A stretch of 64,000 nucleotides of DNA from contig OX597824.1 of assembly GCA_951406725.2 (NCBI GenBank), positions 11,594,001 to 11,658,000 of the forward strand, read 5' to 3'. Position numbers and translations under genes: made by a program. Of the stretch, positions 53,649 through 64,000 are shown one piece after another. The DNA is from Octopus vulgaris (lineage: Eukaryota). Position 1 is the first letter of the stretch; each line of letters begins with the position of its first letter. Below the pieces are notes generated by a model that worked only from the letters and a program-made list of their open reading frames with translations, was not told the DNA's origin and made no database searches.

Positions 53649-54428
53649 GGTCACTAGCTGATGTTAACTTACAGCCGACAATCAGCAACTGGTTGCCTTG
53701 TCTTGGCAGTCAGCGATGACAAGGTGGCAAATAGGCAAACATCCACTTCACAGTTGTCACTGACTGTCGTAGTCACATGATTGGCCAAGAATACACAAGT
53801 CATTTGTAAACAGAAAAGATATATATCTATAGGTCAGTTTGTTTTTGTAACCTTCAGCTCCACTGAAACTGGATTATAAATGTCATTTAGCTTCCGGCCA
53901 GTCCTATGATCAAAAACGATCCAGCCATAACCATCCTGTCTTTTCCAGACCTAATATGTATTCAAAACACATTAAACAATATATCGATTTAAAAAATGGT
54001 AGATAGTGGTTTGGTTACTATTTAATGCTGATTGAGCGCTCACTTAACAGTCCCAACTCATCTGAATTGGTTCATAACATAAAAAGATAGTCAATGGCGG
54101 TGCCCCAGCATGGCCACAGCTCGTGAGCTGAAACTAGATAAAATATTAAAAAAAAATCATCTGAATACTCAGCAATAATCCACGGGTTCAACATTTAATT
54201 TATGCAAATTATAAGTTTTGTATTTGCTGGCCTATAAGATGCCCACAACCACTACTGTCAGAAAAAAACCCCACCCTGCTGGGTCCTATGTATATACAGA
54301 GTTGGGCCTCCCATACGTTTTAATGCATTAAAAGCTATTTTTTTAAAAATACGTATTGCTGAAATCGGACTGCGTCTAATATGCCTGGCATCATCAATAC
54401 AATCAAATTATTTGTAAAGTTGAGCTGC

Positions 54429-54575
54429 AGGAGTGGCTTGCTTACCAACCACATGGTTCTGGGTTCAGTCCCACTGTGTGGCACCTTGGGCAAGTGTCTT
54501 CTACTATAGCCTCGGGTCAACCATGTGAGTGGATTTGGTAGACAGAAACTGAAAGAAGCCCGTCGTATATATGTA

Positions 54576-54615
<40 letters not shown>

Positions 54616-54850
54616 TGTATATATATGTATGTGTGTGTATGTGTTTGTGTGTCTGTGATTGTCCTCCCAATATTGCTTGCCAACTGATGCTGGTGTGTTT
54701 ACGTCCCCGTAACTTAGCAGTTCGGCAAAAGAGACCGATAGAATAAGTACTAGGCTTACAAAGAATAAGTCCTGAGGTCAATTTGCTTGACAAAAGGCGG
54801 TGCTCCAGCATGGCCGCAGTCAAATGACTGAAACAAGTAAAAGAGAGAAT
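54429..54850 (+). mobile_element. SINE family B
   Basis: Full-length match to 28406-28821. Confidence 0.85.
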
Positions 54851-55257
54851 AAAGAGTAATCCACAGCAATTTATATTTTTTATCTATGAACTTTTATGAT
54901 TAGAGTTAAACTTCAGTATTTAACCAATTTCCATCAGGGAGTTTCTGCAGGTCGAGGCACTACTACTACTACTACTACTACTACACCGCATTGAGAGGTT
55001 ACAGCTCCAGTACTCTAGACATGTGACTAGAATGTTATAGGAAAGAATTGCAGGGCGAATTCTTAGGTCAATCCAAACAGCAGGAAACCTAGGGGTAGAC
55101 AAAGAACAAGCTAGTTGGATAATATTCATAGCCTCAGGTGGTCACGCTTGGGAATCCAACAGAAAATGTGGGTGGAGGTCTTTCCGAAAATGTTACGACG
55201 GTTGCTTCAGATAGGGTCCTATGGAGGACGTCCCTTAGGACTTTACCCATACGATCC

Positions 55258-55680
55258 GGATCTTTACCTTTTGACGTACAGATTTAAAAAATAATTTTTT
55301 GTAACTAAACGCTTTCAAACTTCGTATACTGGTAGAATGTGTCACATAAAACATCTTTTACTCTTGGCGTTGTTGAGAAAATTCTGTATTTTGGAAGTTA
55401 TTTTGTGTTAAAGTTGTCATATTTCTGTAATTTCAACCAATCAATGATCTGTATTCAGCTGAATAAAATTACTGCTGTTGTTTGTCAACAACGACTTCCA
55501 GCTGCACAATTTTTTTTTCTTTCCGGGTAATATTGTAAACATTAACCAAATTTTGGACAACAAAAATTAAATATCACAAGGGGACATCTGGATTTTAGAA
55601 ATGATTTGGTGGGGCATGGCCAAAAATTGGTTGGGAACCACTGCCTTAAAACCAAACTCCTAACCCTAAAACTAACCCTA
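55258..55680. mobile_element. Partial MITE related to M1, opposite orientation
   Basis: Starts ggatct, shares gtaactaaac...aaacttcgtatactggtagaatgtg, and has taaccctaa repeats near 55660. Confidence 0.55.
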
Positions 55681-55839
55681 GTTAGTTAGAAGCTGTGCAA
55701 ATGCAATAATAATAATAAAAAATATATATATAACATAATAAATAACAATAGGGTAATAATAAATGATTATTACCTGTGGCCTAGCACAAAAAAACGAATT
55801 AGTCATTAGGCTATATATTATTCACACAGAAATACAATA

Positions 55840-56054
55840 AGAGGCTTCCAAATAGGAAGGTCTTGTGCTAGAAAGAGCAGTAAAATATTCAGCGAATATT
55901 TTTTTGCTGGAAATAGCTAGAAACCATGGTCTGGGAAATAGCTGAGATGGTAAACGTTTTTAATTTTCATTCCTTTCGAGAATTTATCCTTATTTGGTGG
56001 TTTGAGTTTTCTACTGCTCTTTCTAGCACAAGGCTTTCCTATTTGGAAGCCTCT
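55840..56054. mobile_element. MITE with ~43-bp TIRs
   Basis: agaggcttccaaataggaaggtcttgtgctagaaagagcagta and its inverse. Confidence 0.8.
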
Positions 56055-56065
56055 ATATATAACAG

Positions 56066-56296
56066 TATTAATAAAATAGGAGATGAAATGTGTAATAGAC
56101 TTTATTGGGTACAACACATGTTTCAATCCATTCTGGGTCTTTTTGAATTTGATGGACATATAGCAATATGTAAAGCAACTCAAGAAATCTCTAGTGAGAC
56201 TTTTTATTGATGTATCCTAAGAGACCCAGAACAGGTAGAAACATGTGTTGTACCCAATAAAGTCTATTACACATTCTATCTCCTATTTTATTAATA
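56066..56296. mobile_element. MITE with ~75-bp TIRs
   Basis: tattaataaaataggagat...gggtacaacacatgtttc and its inverse. Confidence 0.8.
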
Positions 56297-56381
56297 GTGT
56301 TTACCCCAACTGTCAGTATGAAATTCCTGCAATGAATCTACAGATAACAACAAGTAATCGAAACTGTGCCCAGTGCATTAC

Positions 56382-56695
56382 TCATCATCATCATCGTTTA
56401 ACGTCCGCTTTCCATGCTAGCATGGGTTGGACGATTTGACTGAGGTCTGGCGAACCAGATGGCTGTACCAGACTCCAATCTGATCTGGCAGAGTTTCTAC
56501 AGCTGGATGCCCTTCCTAACACCAACCAGTCTGAGAGTGTAGTGAGTGCTTTTTATGTGCCACCGGCACGAGGGCCAGTCAGGCAGTACTGGCAACAGCC
56601 ATGCTCAAATGGTGCTTTTTATGTGCCACCTGCACAGGAGCCAGTCCAGCTGCACTGGCAACGACCTCACTTGAATGTCTTTTTATATGCCAGTA
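56382..56695 (-). mobile_element. RTE 3'-end fragment
   Basis: Terminal core plus modules. Confidence 0.85.
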
Positions 56696-56894
56696 AAAAT
56701 TTCTCACTAAATCAAGAGCTAAGTTTCTTATCACATTTCACCCTGGGGCCAGATTTGTTGTTTATGAGCCAGTTGGAGCTCTTTATGAGAGTAATTAATA
56801 TTCATTGGACTTCGGTTTTCACACCTGGAATGGCATAATCATGGAAAACAGTAAGGGGAGAGGGTTGCTAGCACATCACCCTCTACCCTCACGC

Positions 56895-57401
56895 TGGTGA
56901 GACCCATATTGGAGTACAGGATTCAAGCCTCTTCTCCTTATCTCCTCAAAGACATACAGCATCTCGAAAGAGTCCAGAAGCTGGCTACCCGCATGATTCA
57001 TGGTCTCAAGAATTTGTCTTATGAAGAAAGACTGAAGACGCTCGACCTTTATTCTCTAGAAAATCGCCGCCGCCGTGGTGATCTCATTCTCGCTCACAAC
57101 ATCATAAGCGGAAAGTGTAACCCCTCGAAAGAGCTGTTCTTCACTCCTGCTCCAGAGTGTTGGCTGCGGGGTCATTCCGAAAAAACTCTATCTGCGACGA
57201 TTTCATCTCAATCGGAGGAGAGAGGCTTTCTCCGTCCGGGTTGCGGATCTGTGGAACAAGCTGCCAGACGAGATGGTGAAGATGGCGACAACCGCTTTGT
57301 TCAAAGTCTCCCTTGACCTCAAGTGGCCTGAACACCACTCTGTACATAATTCCATGTCCCCCTACATGGCCTTGCTTTTTGCGGCAAAAAATTAACTAAC
57401 T
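56895..57401 (+). mobile_element. CR1-clade LINE 3' fragment
   Basis: RPILEY...LERVQKLATRMI...LSYEERLKTLDLYSLENRRRRGDLI...LRGH, then a frameshifted FSVRVADLWNKLP, and a (CTAA)-like tail. Confidence 0.88.
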
Positions 57402-57467
57402 ACCCACATTCTTCCCATACAGCTTTACTAAATTGGGCCCTAACAAAATCCAACAATAGGTATAGAT

Positions 57468-57713
57468 GGTACTACTTAAGAAGAGTGGTCCCGGTGTGTG
57501 CACTCACACATCCGCCCTAGCTAGACATGACTAGTCGATCCTTACTTTGTGTTTTTACTTCGTTTAACAAAAATTATTTACTTTGTGTAAAGAAATTATT
57601 TATTTTGTGTTTTATTTACTTTGGTAGGTAGTCTTAGTAGGATCGACTAGTCACGACTAGCTAGCGTGGATGCGTGAGTACGCGCACCAGAACCACTCTT
57701 CCTAAGTAGCACC
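57468..57713. mobile_element. MITE family M2
   Basis: Same TIRs with a short A/T core; TSD not recognisable. Confidence 0.8.
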
Positions 57714-58139
57714 TGCAAATCTATCTAATTACTTGTCTCCTAAAATCAGGCATAAACTTAGCGATCGGTTGACTTTCAACACCGTTCTTCATCTTGAGTT
57801 TACTTGGTAGAGTGTGTTTGTTACCTTGACAACAAGGTCAAGGTGAGCTCTGATTGGCTATATGCAAATGAGTTCATTACTGGGGTCTGGAACTCTCGTG
57901 GGAAAAAATTTCACGTCCCGGGCGACACAAACTCTAACTGCCAGTGGATTAAAGGCGTTCTAAATATGACTCTCCAATCTTTTTTTTCACACAGTCTATC
58001 TAGGACTAGTTCTTCCCTTTTTAAGACAGTAGATAGTAATTAAAGTGAGATTTGGTTGCTATTTTCAATAGCTAAGTAAAGTGTTAGTATACTTACTGAA
58101 ACCAAATAGGCATAACTACACCTGTGCCCCACCTCCCCG

Positions 58140-59065
58140 TCGAATTTGTTTCCTCATAACTTTAAAAAAATGGATATTTTTAAATAAAATTTTCTACTTA
58201 AATGCTTCAGATGTTGTAGATTCCGATTATATCGGAATTTTCCGAGGGATGGGGAGAGGAGTTTTGGAAAATTCGCACTAGTCGGCTTTGTTTCCTCCTA
58301 ACTTTCCGAAAAATGGATATTTTTTTTATTGAATTGCCTACAAATACCTTCTGGATGGTGTAGATTACTATTATATCAGAATTTAAGTGCATAAAAAGAA
58401 AAATAAATGGTGGACATGCACACAAACATACTGACACACATCACAATTTTTTTTCAAAATTTTAAGTTTCATTTTGTAGATATATGTAAAGACGTCTTTC
58501 GGTCATGAATGACCATGGGATTGCGCCTAGAAGGATACCCTCCAAGGCACAAGTCCAGGCAAGGTTGTTTCTGCAAGACCAGTCGTCACCCACGAATACC
58601 ATCCTCTCCTCTCCACGCCACAAATGCTATTCAAGGGAAAGGCAAAGCTTGGCACCAGTGACGTCACAAATCATTTCTATAACTGAATGAACCGGAGCAA
58701 TGTGAAATAAAGAGTCTCAAGAACAACATATAGCCCTGTCCGGGAATCGAACTCAGTACCTCATGATTATAGATATATATATGATGTGTATGTGTGCCAA
58801 ACTGTCAATTTTTTTTTTCCCATTAAATTCCGATATAATCTACACTATCTGAAAGGTATTTGTAGAGAAATTAATAAACAAAATACCCTTTTTTCCCCCC
58901 TGAAAGTTATGAAGAAACAAAGTCGACTCGTGTGTGAATTGTCCGAAATTCCTCTCTCTATCCTTCGGAAAACTGTTTTTCTTGAAAAATTCCGATAAAA
59001 TCAGAATGTACACTATCTGAAGCATATTTGTAGAAAATTTCATTAAAAAATATCCACTTTTTATT
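58140..59065. repeat. Inverted pair of a repeat with an internal ~145-bp tandem duplication
   Basis: 58140-58390 is the reverse complement of ~58820-59065 (tttgtttcctcataacttt / aaagttatgaagaaacaaa; tatatcggaatt / aattccgatata). A SINE lies between the arms. Confidence 0.6.
58487..58770 (-). mobile_element. tRNA-derived SINE (degenerate)
   Basis: Reverse B box gggaatcgaactc at ~58742-58754 with a SINE-like body. Confidence 0.55.
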
Positions 59066-59073
59066 CCTTAGAG

Positions 59074-59274
59074 CAGTGCTTTTCAAACTTTTTGCTGGAG
59101 CGGAACCCCAAGGAAGCATTCCACTGGCTCGAGGAACCCCTGTGCAATAATTTAATAGTCTTATGCACACATATCTGCACAGGAGAATAAAAAATTACTG
59201 CTGATTTTAGCATTTTTGTAACTTCTTGCGGAACCCCTGGACAGTACTGGCGGAACCCCGGTTGAAAACCACTG
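59074..59274. mobile_element. hAT/Charlie-like MITE
   Basis: cagtgcttttcaaac ... gttgaaaaccactg TIRs, repeated ggaacccc subterminal motifs, degenerate 8-bp TSD ccttagag/atttacag. Confidence 0.75.
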
Positions 59275-59843
59275 ATTTACAGTTATGAATGAAACAAAAT
59301 CTGAGGTGGTGGCGGTGGTGGGGTATGCTGTCAAGCGGGAGACAACTCTGGGCATGTTTTGGTAACATTTCACTGAAATCACGAAAACAGAATTGGTCAT
59401 TGAAGTTATGCTGGGTTTTTTTTTTCCAACCAAATGGTTCCGGGTTCAGTCTCACAGCGTGACACTTTGGGCAAGTGTCTTCTACTAAAGTCTCGAGTCG
59501 ACCAAAGCCTTGTGAGTGGATTTTGACAGACAGAAACCGAAAGAAGCCTGTCGTATACATATATATCTATGTGTTTGTCCCACATACCACTTGACAACCG
59601 GTGTTGATGTGTTTACATCACCGTAATCTAGCGGTTCGGCAAAAAGACACCGATGGAATAAGTACTAGGCTTTAAAAAATGTAATAAGAACCATGCATGG
59701 CCGCAGTCAAATGACTGAGACAAGTAAATGACAAAAGATGCTAACACTAACTTAACTATTTCCAGAAGTTTGAGCGACCTCATAAAAGACTCTAAGTACC
59801 TCGTAATTTCCAGCTCAGTACAGGGTCGATATAACTGACTGTA

Positions 59844-60061
59844 AAGATGGCGAGCTGGCAGAATCGTTAGCACGCCGGGCGAAATGAGTAGCCGTATTTC
59901 GTCTGCCGTTACGTTCTGAGTTCGAATTCCGCCGAGGTCGACTTTGCCTTTCATCCTTTCGGGGTCGATAAGTTAAGTACCAGTTACGCACTGGGGTCGA
60001 TGTAATCGACTTAATCCGTTTGTCTGTCCTTGTTTGTCCCCTAGTGGGTAGTAAAGAAATA
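59844..60061 (+). mobile_element. SINE family A with 16-bp TSD
   Basis: gatataactgactgta (59828-59843) and gatataactggctgta (60062-60077). Confidence 0.88.
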
Positions 60062-60488
60062 GATATAACTGGCTGTACCCCTTCCCCAAATACGTGTTTT
60101 GTGTATATATTCTAAATAAGACATAAGCAAACTTTTACGAGAAGCGGGCCCCAAAAATTCAAGGTAAATTTCCGTTAGGTTTCAGATGGCTAGTCATTAA
60201 TTCCTTATTGAGAAGAGGGTGGATTAGCAGAATCGTAAGAGCGTCAAACTGCTTTGGTTATTTGTTCCAGCTCTCTACTTTCAGAGTTTAAATCCCGCTG
60301 AGGTCAATTTTGTCATTCATCCTTTCCTAGTCAATAAAATAAAGTACCAGTCAATTACTGAGTTCCTCAAATTTCCGGCTCTGTGCCTGGGCTTCTACAA
60401 TTCCTTCGTCCCCAAAGGGTGTTGATAGTTGATCAAAGAGAGCGTCTGACGAAATATTCATCCTTTCATAGTCAATAGAATAAAGTAC

Positions 60489-60895
60489 GGATCTTCTCGG
60501 TTTGAACGGCAGTTTTTTCTATATGAAATTGTCACCCATAATTATGACCCTAGTATCGATCTATTGCATTTCAATCTGTTTTAGTGCTAGAGTTAAGGTT
60601 AGGGGAAGGGTATCTGTTTTTCTTCAGAAATGTAAATAAACCCAATTTGTTTTTTAAACGAGGGACATATTCATACGTAACAGAATGTTTTCTCCTCAAT
60701 AGACGTCATTGATTGGTTGAAATTGCAGAAATTGAAGAAAAAAAACACATATATCTTACAAACTATAGAATTTTTTCAATAAAGTCAAGAGAAAAAGATG
60801 TTTTATGTAACACATTCTGCCAATATACGAAGTTTAAAAGTGTTTAGTTACGTGGAAATTATTTTAAAAAACTGCCGTTCAAACCGAAAAGACCC
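60489..60895. mobile_element. MITE family M1, second copy
   Basis: Same TIRs and body as 20332-20740; TSD taaagtac (60481-60488 and 60896-60903). Confidence 0.88.
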
Positions 60896-61163
60896 TAAAG
60901 TACCATTCAATTACTGAGTTCCTCAAATTTCCGGCTCTGTGCCTATGCTTCTACAATTCTTTCGTCCCCCAAAGGGTGTTGATAGTTAATCAAAGAGAGA
61001 GCGATTGACAAAATAGTTTTTGCGATATTTAGTTACGTCCCTTTACATTCTGAATTCCAATCCGGTCGAAGTTGGTAAAATAAGTGCCAAATGGCTAACT
61101 GATTGAATACTCTTTATTCTTTTTATTTTACTTATATCTTTGGATCTTTTTCCCTTGTATCTT

Positions 61164-61439
61164 GGCAATCTTTCGTCTCTAGTAGACCTTTCCGTCGATT
61201 TCCGTAAAAAAATTTTTTTTTTTTTACATATGGGCTTGCGGGAACTTTTGAAGTAATGAGAGCAAAAGAGACTAAGAGAAAGCGATTGTATGACGAGGGA
61301 AGTTCTTTTGAAGTTACCGTGCATGGCAAGCATTGATGTACATGTGTGTGTGTGTGTGTGTGTGTGTTTGATGGGGTGTTGGAGACAGACAGCATGTTGT
61401 GTAATCGACGGAAAGGTCTACTAGAGACGAAAGATCGCC
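61164..61439. mobile_element. MITE with 37-bp GGC TIRs and 8-bp TSD (Merlin-like, family M3)
   Basis: ggcaatctttcgtctctagtagacctttccgtcgatt and its inverse (1 mismatch); TSD tgtatctt (61156-61163 and 61440-61447). Confidence 0.88.
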
Positions 61440-61787
61440 TGTATCTTTGTTCTTGTAGCTTGGAATCGTTTTTAATATTTGCAAAAAAAAAAAAAAAATC
61501 TTAAATGCTTTGAAGTCGACGTTAGAGAAAGACAGGGAACCACCTAGAAACAAGGGCAGATAACCTCTATCACTATTTTTGCTCAAAAAAATATTTCTTT
61601 GTCTTTCTTCTTGTGTAAAAGTTGCTTCGCTTTCGAAATATATTTTAAATTATTTATTGTTGCTTCCAATTCCACAAGTAACATAAAGGCAATTCTAGAA
61701 TTACCAAGTTAATTTTGATATCAGTTATTTATTAAAATAAAGCGGGACGTGTTGTTTATAGTTGTTTTTATACCACGAAGTTGCAAG

Positions 61788-61797
61788 ATGGCAGAAG
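61788..61797 (+). CDS. Putative first coding micro-exon of an unidentified gene (M-A-E + G of next codon)
   Basis: caagATGGCAGAAG|GTGAGT: good Kozak/YY1-like AAGATGGC context and a perfect donor, in unique CpG-richer sequence. GC boxes lie downstream (GGGGCGGGG at 62461). The product cannot be identified from 3 codons. Confidence 0.55.
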
Positions 61798-62857
61798 GTG
61801 AGTGTTTGGCGGTAATTTTCGCATAATTTCATCCCGTTTCTCATGTTATGTTAAAATATTCTTCATTTTCTCTGGCTGCATGCCCAGATTTTATTGATTA
61901 TCTTCGTCCGTGTTTATCATTAATCGATTATAATTATAAATGTATAATTACATATATATATACACATACACGTACACATATATATATGAATGTGTTGGTA
62001 AAATATTTTATTTTAACCATGGGTTATATACTTTAAGTACATTAAGTACATGGCGAAAATTGTATTTTTTTAAAACTTTGACCATAGGTGCTACTAATTT
62101 CATTGATTATATATGGAGAAACTAATAACATTTATAATAATTTGCTGAATCTAATTTAATTTCAAATATCCTGTTCTACTTTCATTTTGTACCGGCTTTT
62201 TTACCATTCATATGTTAAGAAACAAGACAAGATTTAATTACTCTCTTCGATTTATAATACATTTATTTAAATATATTAAAACCCAGCAAGTTTTCTTACA
62301 ATCGTACATACCAAGTATATAAAAAAAGCAAAAATATTTCAGAAGCGATTGAATTGTCATTTTTATTTGAGATAAAATTCTGTTCATTTTCTTTTTCTTT
62401 CTTAGTACAAATAATCTGTTAAGTTTGTTTTGACTACGCACATGTCTCAATGTAATTTAAGGGGCGGGGATACGGGTGTAAATGGATAGAATATTGCGAC
62501 ATTTATACTTATATGAAGACATTTAATTTATATACAAGTGAAGTGACAAGATATTTGGTATCATAAAACGAAATAAAATATTAGACGATCTGGGACATTT
62601 AACTGCTATTTCTAATTTGAAAATAAGTTTTTTTTCCCCTATTATTTTCACCCTCAAACCAGCCATTCTACTTACAATGTATATATATATATTTTCTTTA
62701 TTTTCATATGAATTCAACATTTGCAGAAAAGGTCAGTAAAATAAATTCTTGGTATTTTTTCAGTTTCTTGCTTTCTGGTTTTTCAATACCCCTCCTCCTT
62801 TTCATGCACAAAAACGCAGAAGTTTTAGGCGGGGAAATGAATAATTCATTGAACTAA

Positions 62858-62893
<36 letters not shown>

Positions 62894-62947
62894 ATGAAAT
62901 TATTATATACAGTGCTCAGGTGCACCACCTGCTGACCAAAGAACGTG

Positions 62948-63263
62948 GTCGCCGTGGCAACGACATGATCTCATTATTTTATATCTATCTATCTATTTAT
63001 CTATCGATCGATCTACGATGTTCAATTCTTTCTGATTTACTTGGAAACGACGTCATTTCAAGAAATATCAACCTTCCAGTTATCGATCTCCCAGAAATAT
63101 CAATCTTCCCATTTTATTTGTTTATTCATTTTTACACGGCGTTCAAATCCCAAGATGTTACTTTCGTTGCCACGGCCATAGCAAAATCAGTTTTGGCACC
63201 CTCTCTTGCCATGGCAACGACACTCCTAAAACGCTTGTTATGGTAAACAGTTACCATGGCTAC
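62948..63263. promoter_or_regulatory. Cluster of RFX X-box motifs
   Basis: GTCGCCGTGGCAAC (62948-62961), GTTGCCACGGCCAT (63166-63179), CTTGCCATGGCAAC (63205-63218) and GTTACCATGGCTAC (63250-63263), against consensus GTNRCC-N2-RGYAAC. A CRE-like GACGTCA lies at ~63049. Confidence 0.6.
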
Positions 63264-63662
63264 AAGAGTCAAGACTGCGTTTAATAAGATTATATTCGTT
63301 CGCTACAGCTCACTTTGTCATTTCTCTTTCAGTTGTACTATCTAAATCTGGTGGTTTTTACTTCTGTGGCTAATGACAATAGATATTTATTTCAACATTC
63401 TCTAATGAAATTCTTCAGTGTTAGAAAGTCAGGTTCTCCTCTAACATTGTGATTAAGTAACCAGTTTCTCCTCAGCAGCTTGTTCACCAGTTGGTCAAAC
63501 TATTCTCAGGAACTTGGTAATCAATCAGGTAAAGCTTTATCCCTCATCTTAGTAACTAATTCGTCAAGCAATTCTCAGTAGATTGATAACAAATTGGTCA
63601 CCAACAATGTAGCCAACTTTGTCACACTATATTTAGCAGCTTGGTAACCAGCATCTTTTAAG

Positions 63663-64000
63663 GGCAGCTTGCTAACCAAGCTGTCAAGCTATTCTTGGCA
63701 GCTTGCTAACCAAGCTGTCAAGCTATTCTTGGCAGCTTGCTAACCAACTTGTCAAGCTATTCTTGGCAGCTTGCTAACCAACCTGTCAAGCTATTCTTGG
63801 CAGCTTGCTAACCAACCTGTCAAGCTATTCTTGGCAGCTTGCTAACCAGCCCGTCAAGCTATTCTTGGCAGCTTGCTAACCAACCTGTCCAGTTATTCTT
63901 GGCAGCTTGCTAACCAACTTGTCAAGCTATTCTTGGCAACTTGCTAACCAACCTGTCAAGCTATTCTTAGCAGCTTGCTAACCAACCTGTCAAGCTATAC
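63663..64000. repeat. 34-bp minisatellite, about 10 copies, running off the window end
   Basis: Unit ggcagcttgctaaccaacctgtcaagctattctt; degenerate units from ~63440. Confidence 0.95.

Noticed and set aside
63663-64000. CRISPR-like 34-bp repeats with internal dyad
   Set aside because: Units are directly adjacent with no unique spacers, there are no cas genes, and the context is eukaryotic.

Overview
AT-rich eukaryotic genomic DNA, almost certainly from a cephalopod (octopus-like, inferred from the SINE/LINE repertoire and dense TA/CA microsatellites). There is no prokaryotic content and no CRISPR array. Two divergently oriented host genes are visible only as tiny first coding exons. The first is a Rab4 orthologue on the minus strand (ATG TCT GAA ACT TAT G|gtgagt = MSETY/D, 43564-43549), with a CRE/E-box/YY1 promoter; I could not find its exon 2 anywhere in 1-43548. 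The second is an unidentified plus-strand gene (ATG GCA GAA G|gtgagt at 61788), followed by a cluster of RFX X-boxes. The rest is mostly transposon debris: a young 5'-truncated RTE LINE with a PHD finger inside its RT domain and a 1.7-kb modular tandem 3' UTR, many 3'-end fragments of that LINE, three tRNA-SINE types, CR1/HERO/Tx1 remnants, two non-autonomous Helitrons, piggyBac-, hAT-, Tigger- and Merlin-like MITEs, a probable solo LTR and a 34-bp minisatellite. Nearly all ORFs in the supplied track are spurious. I see no demonstrable new biological system. The best leads are the PHD-RT LINE with its hairpin-module UTR, the Merlin-like MITE families and the RFX cluster.
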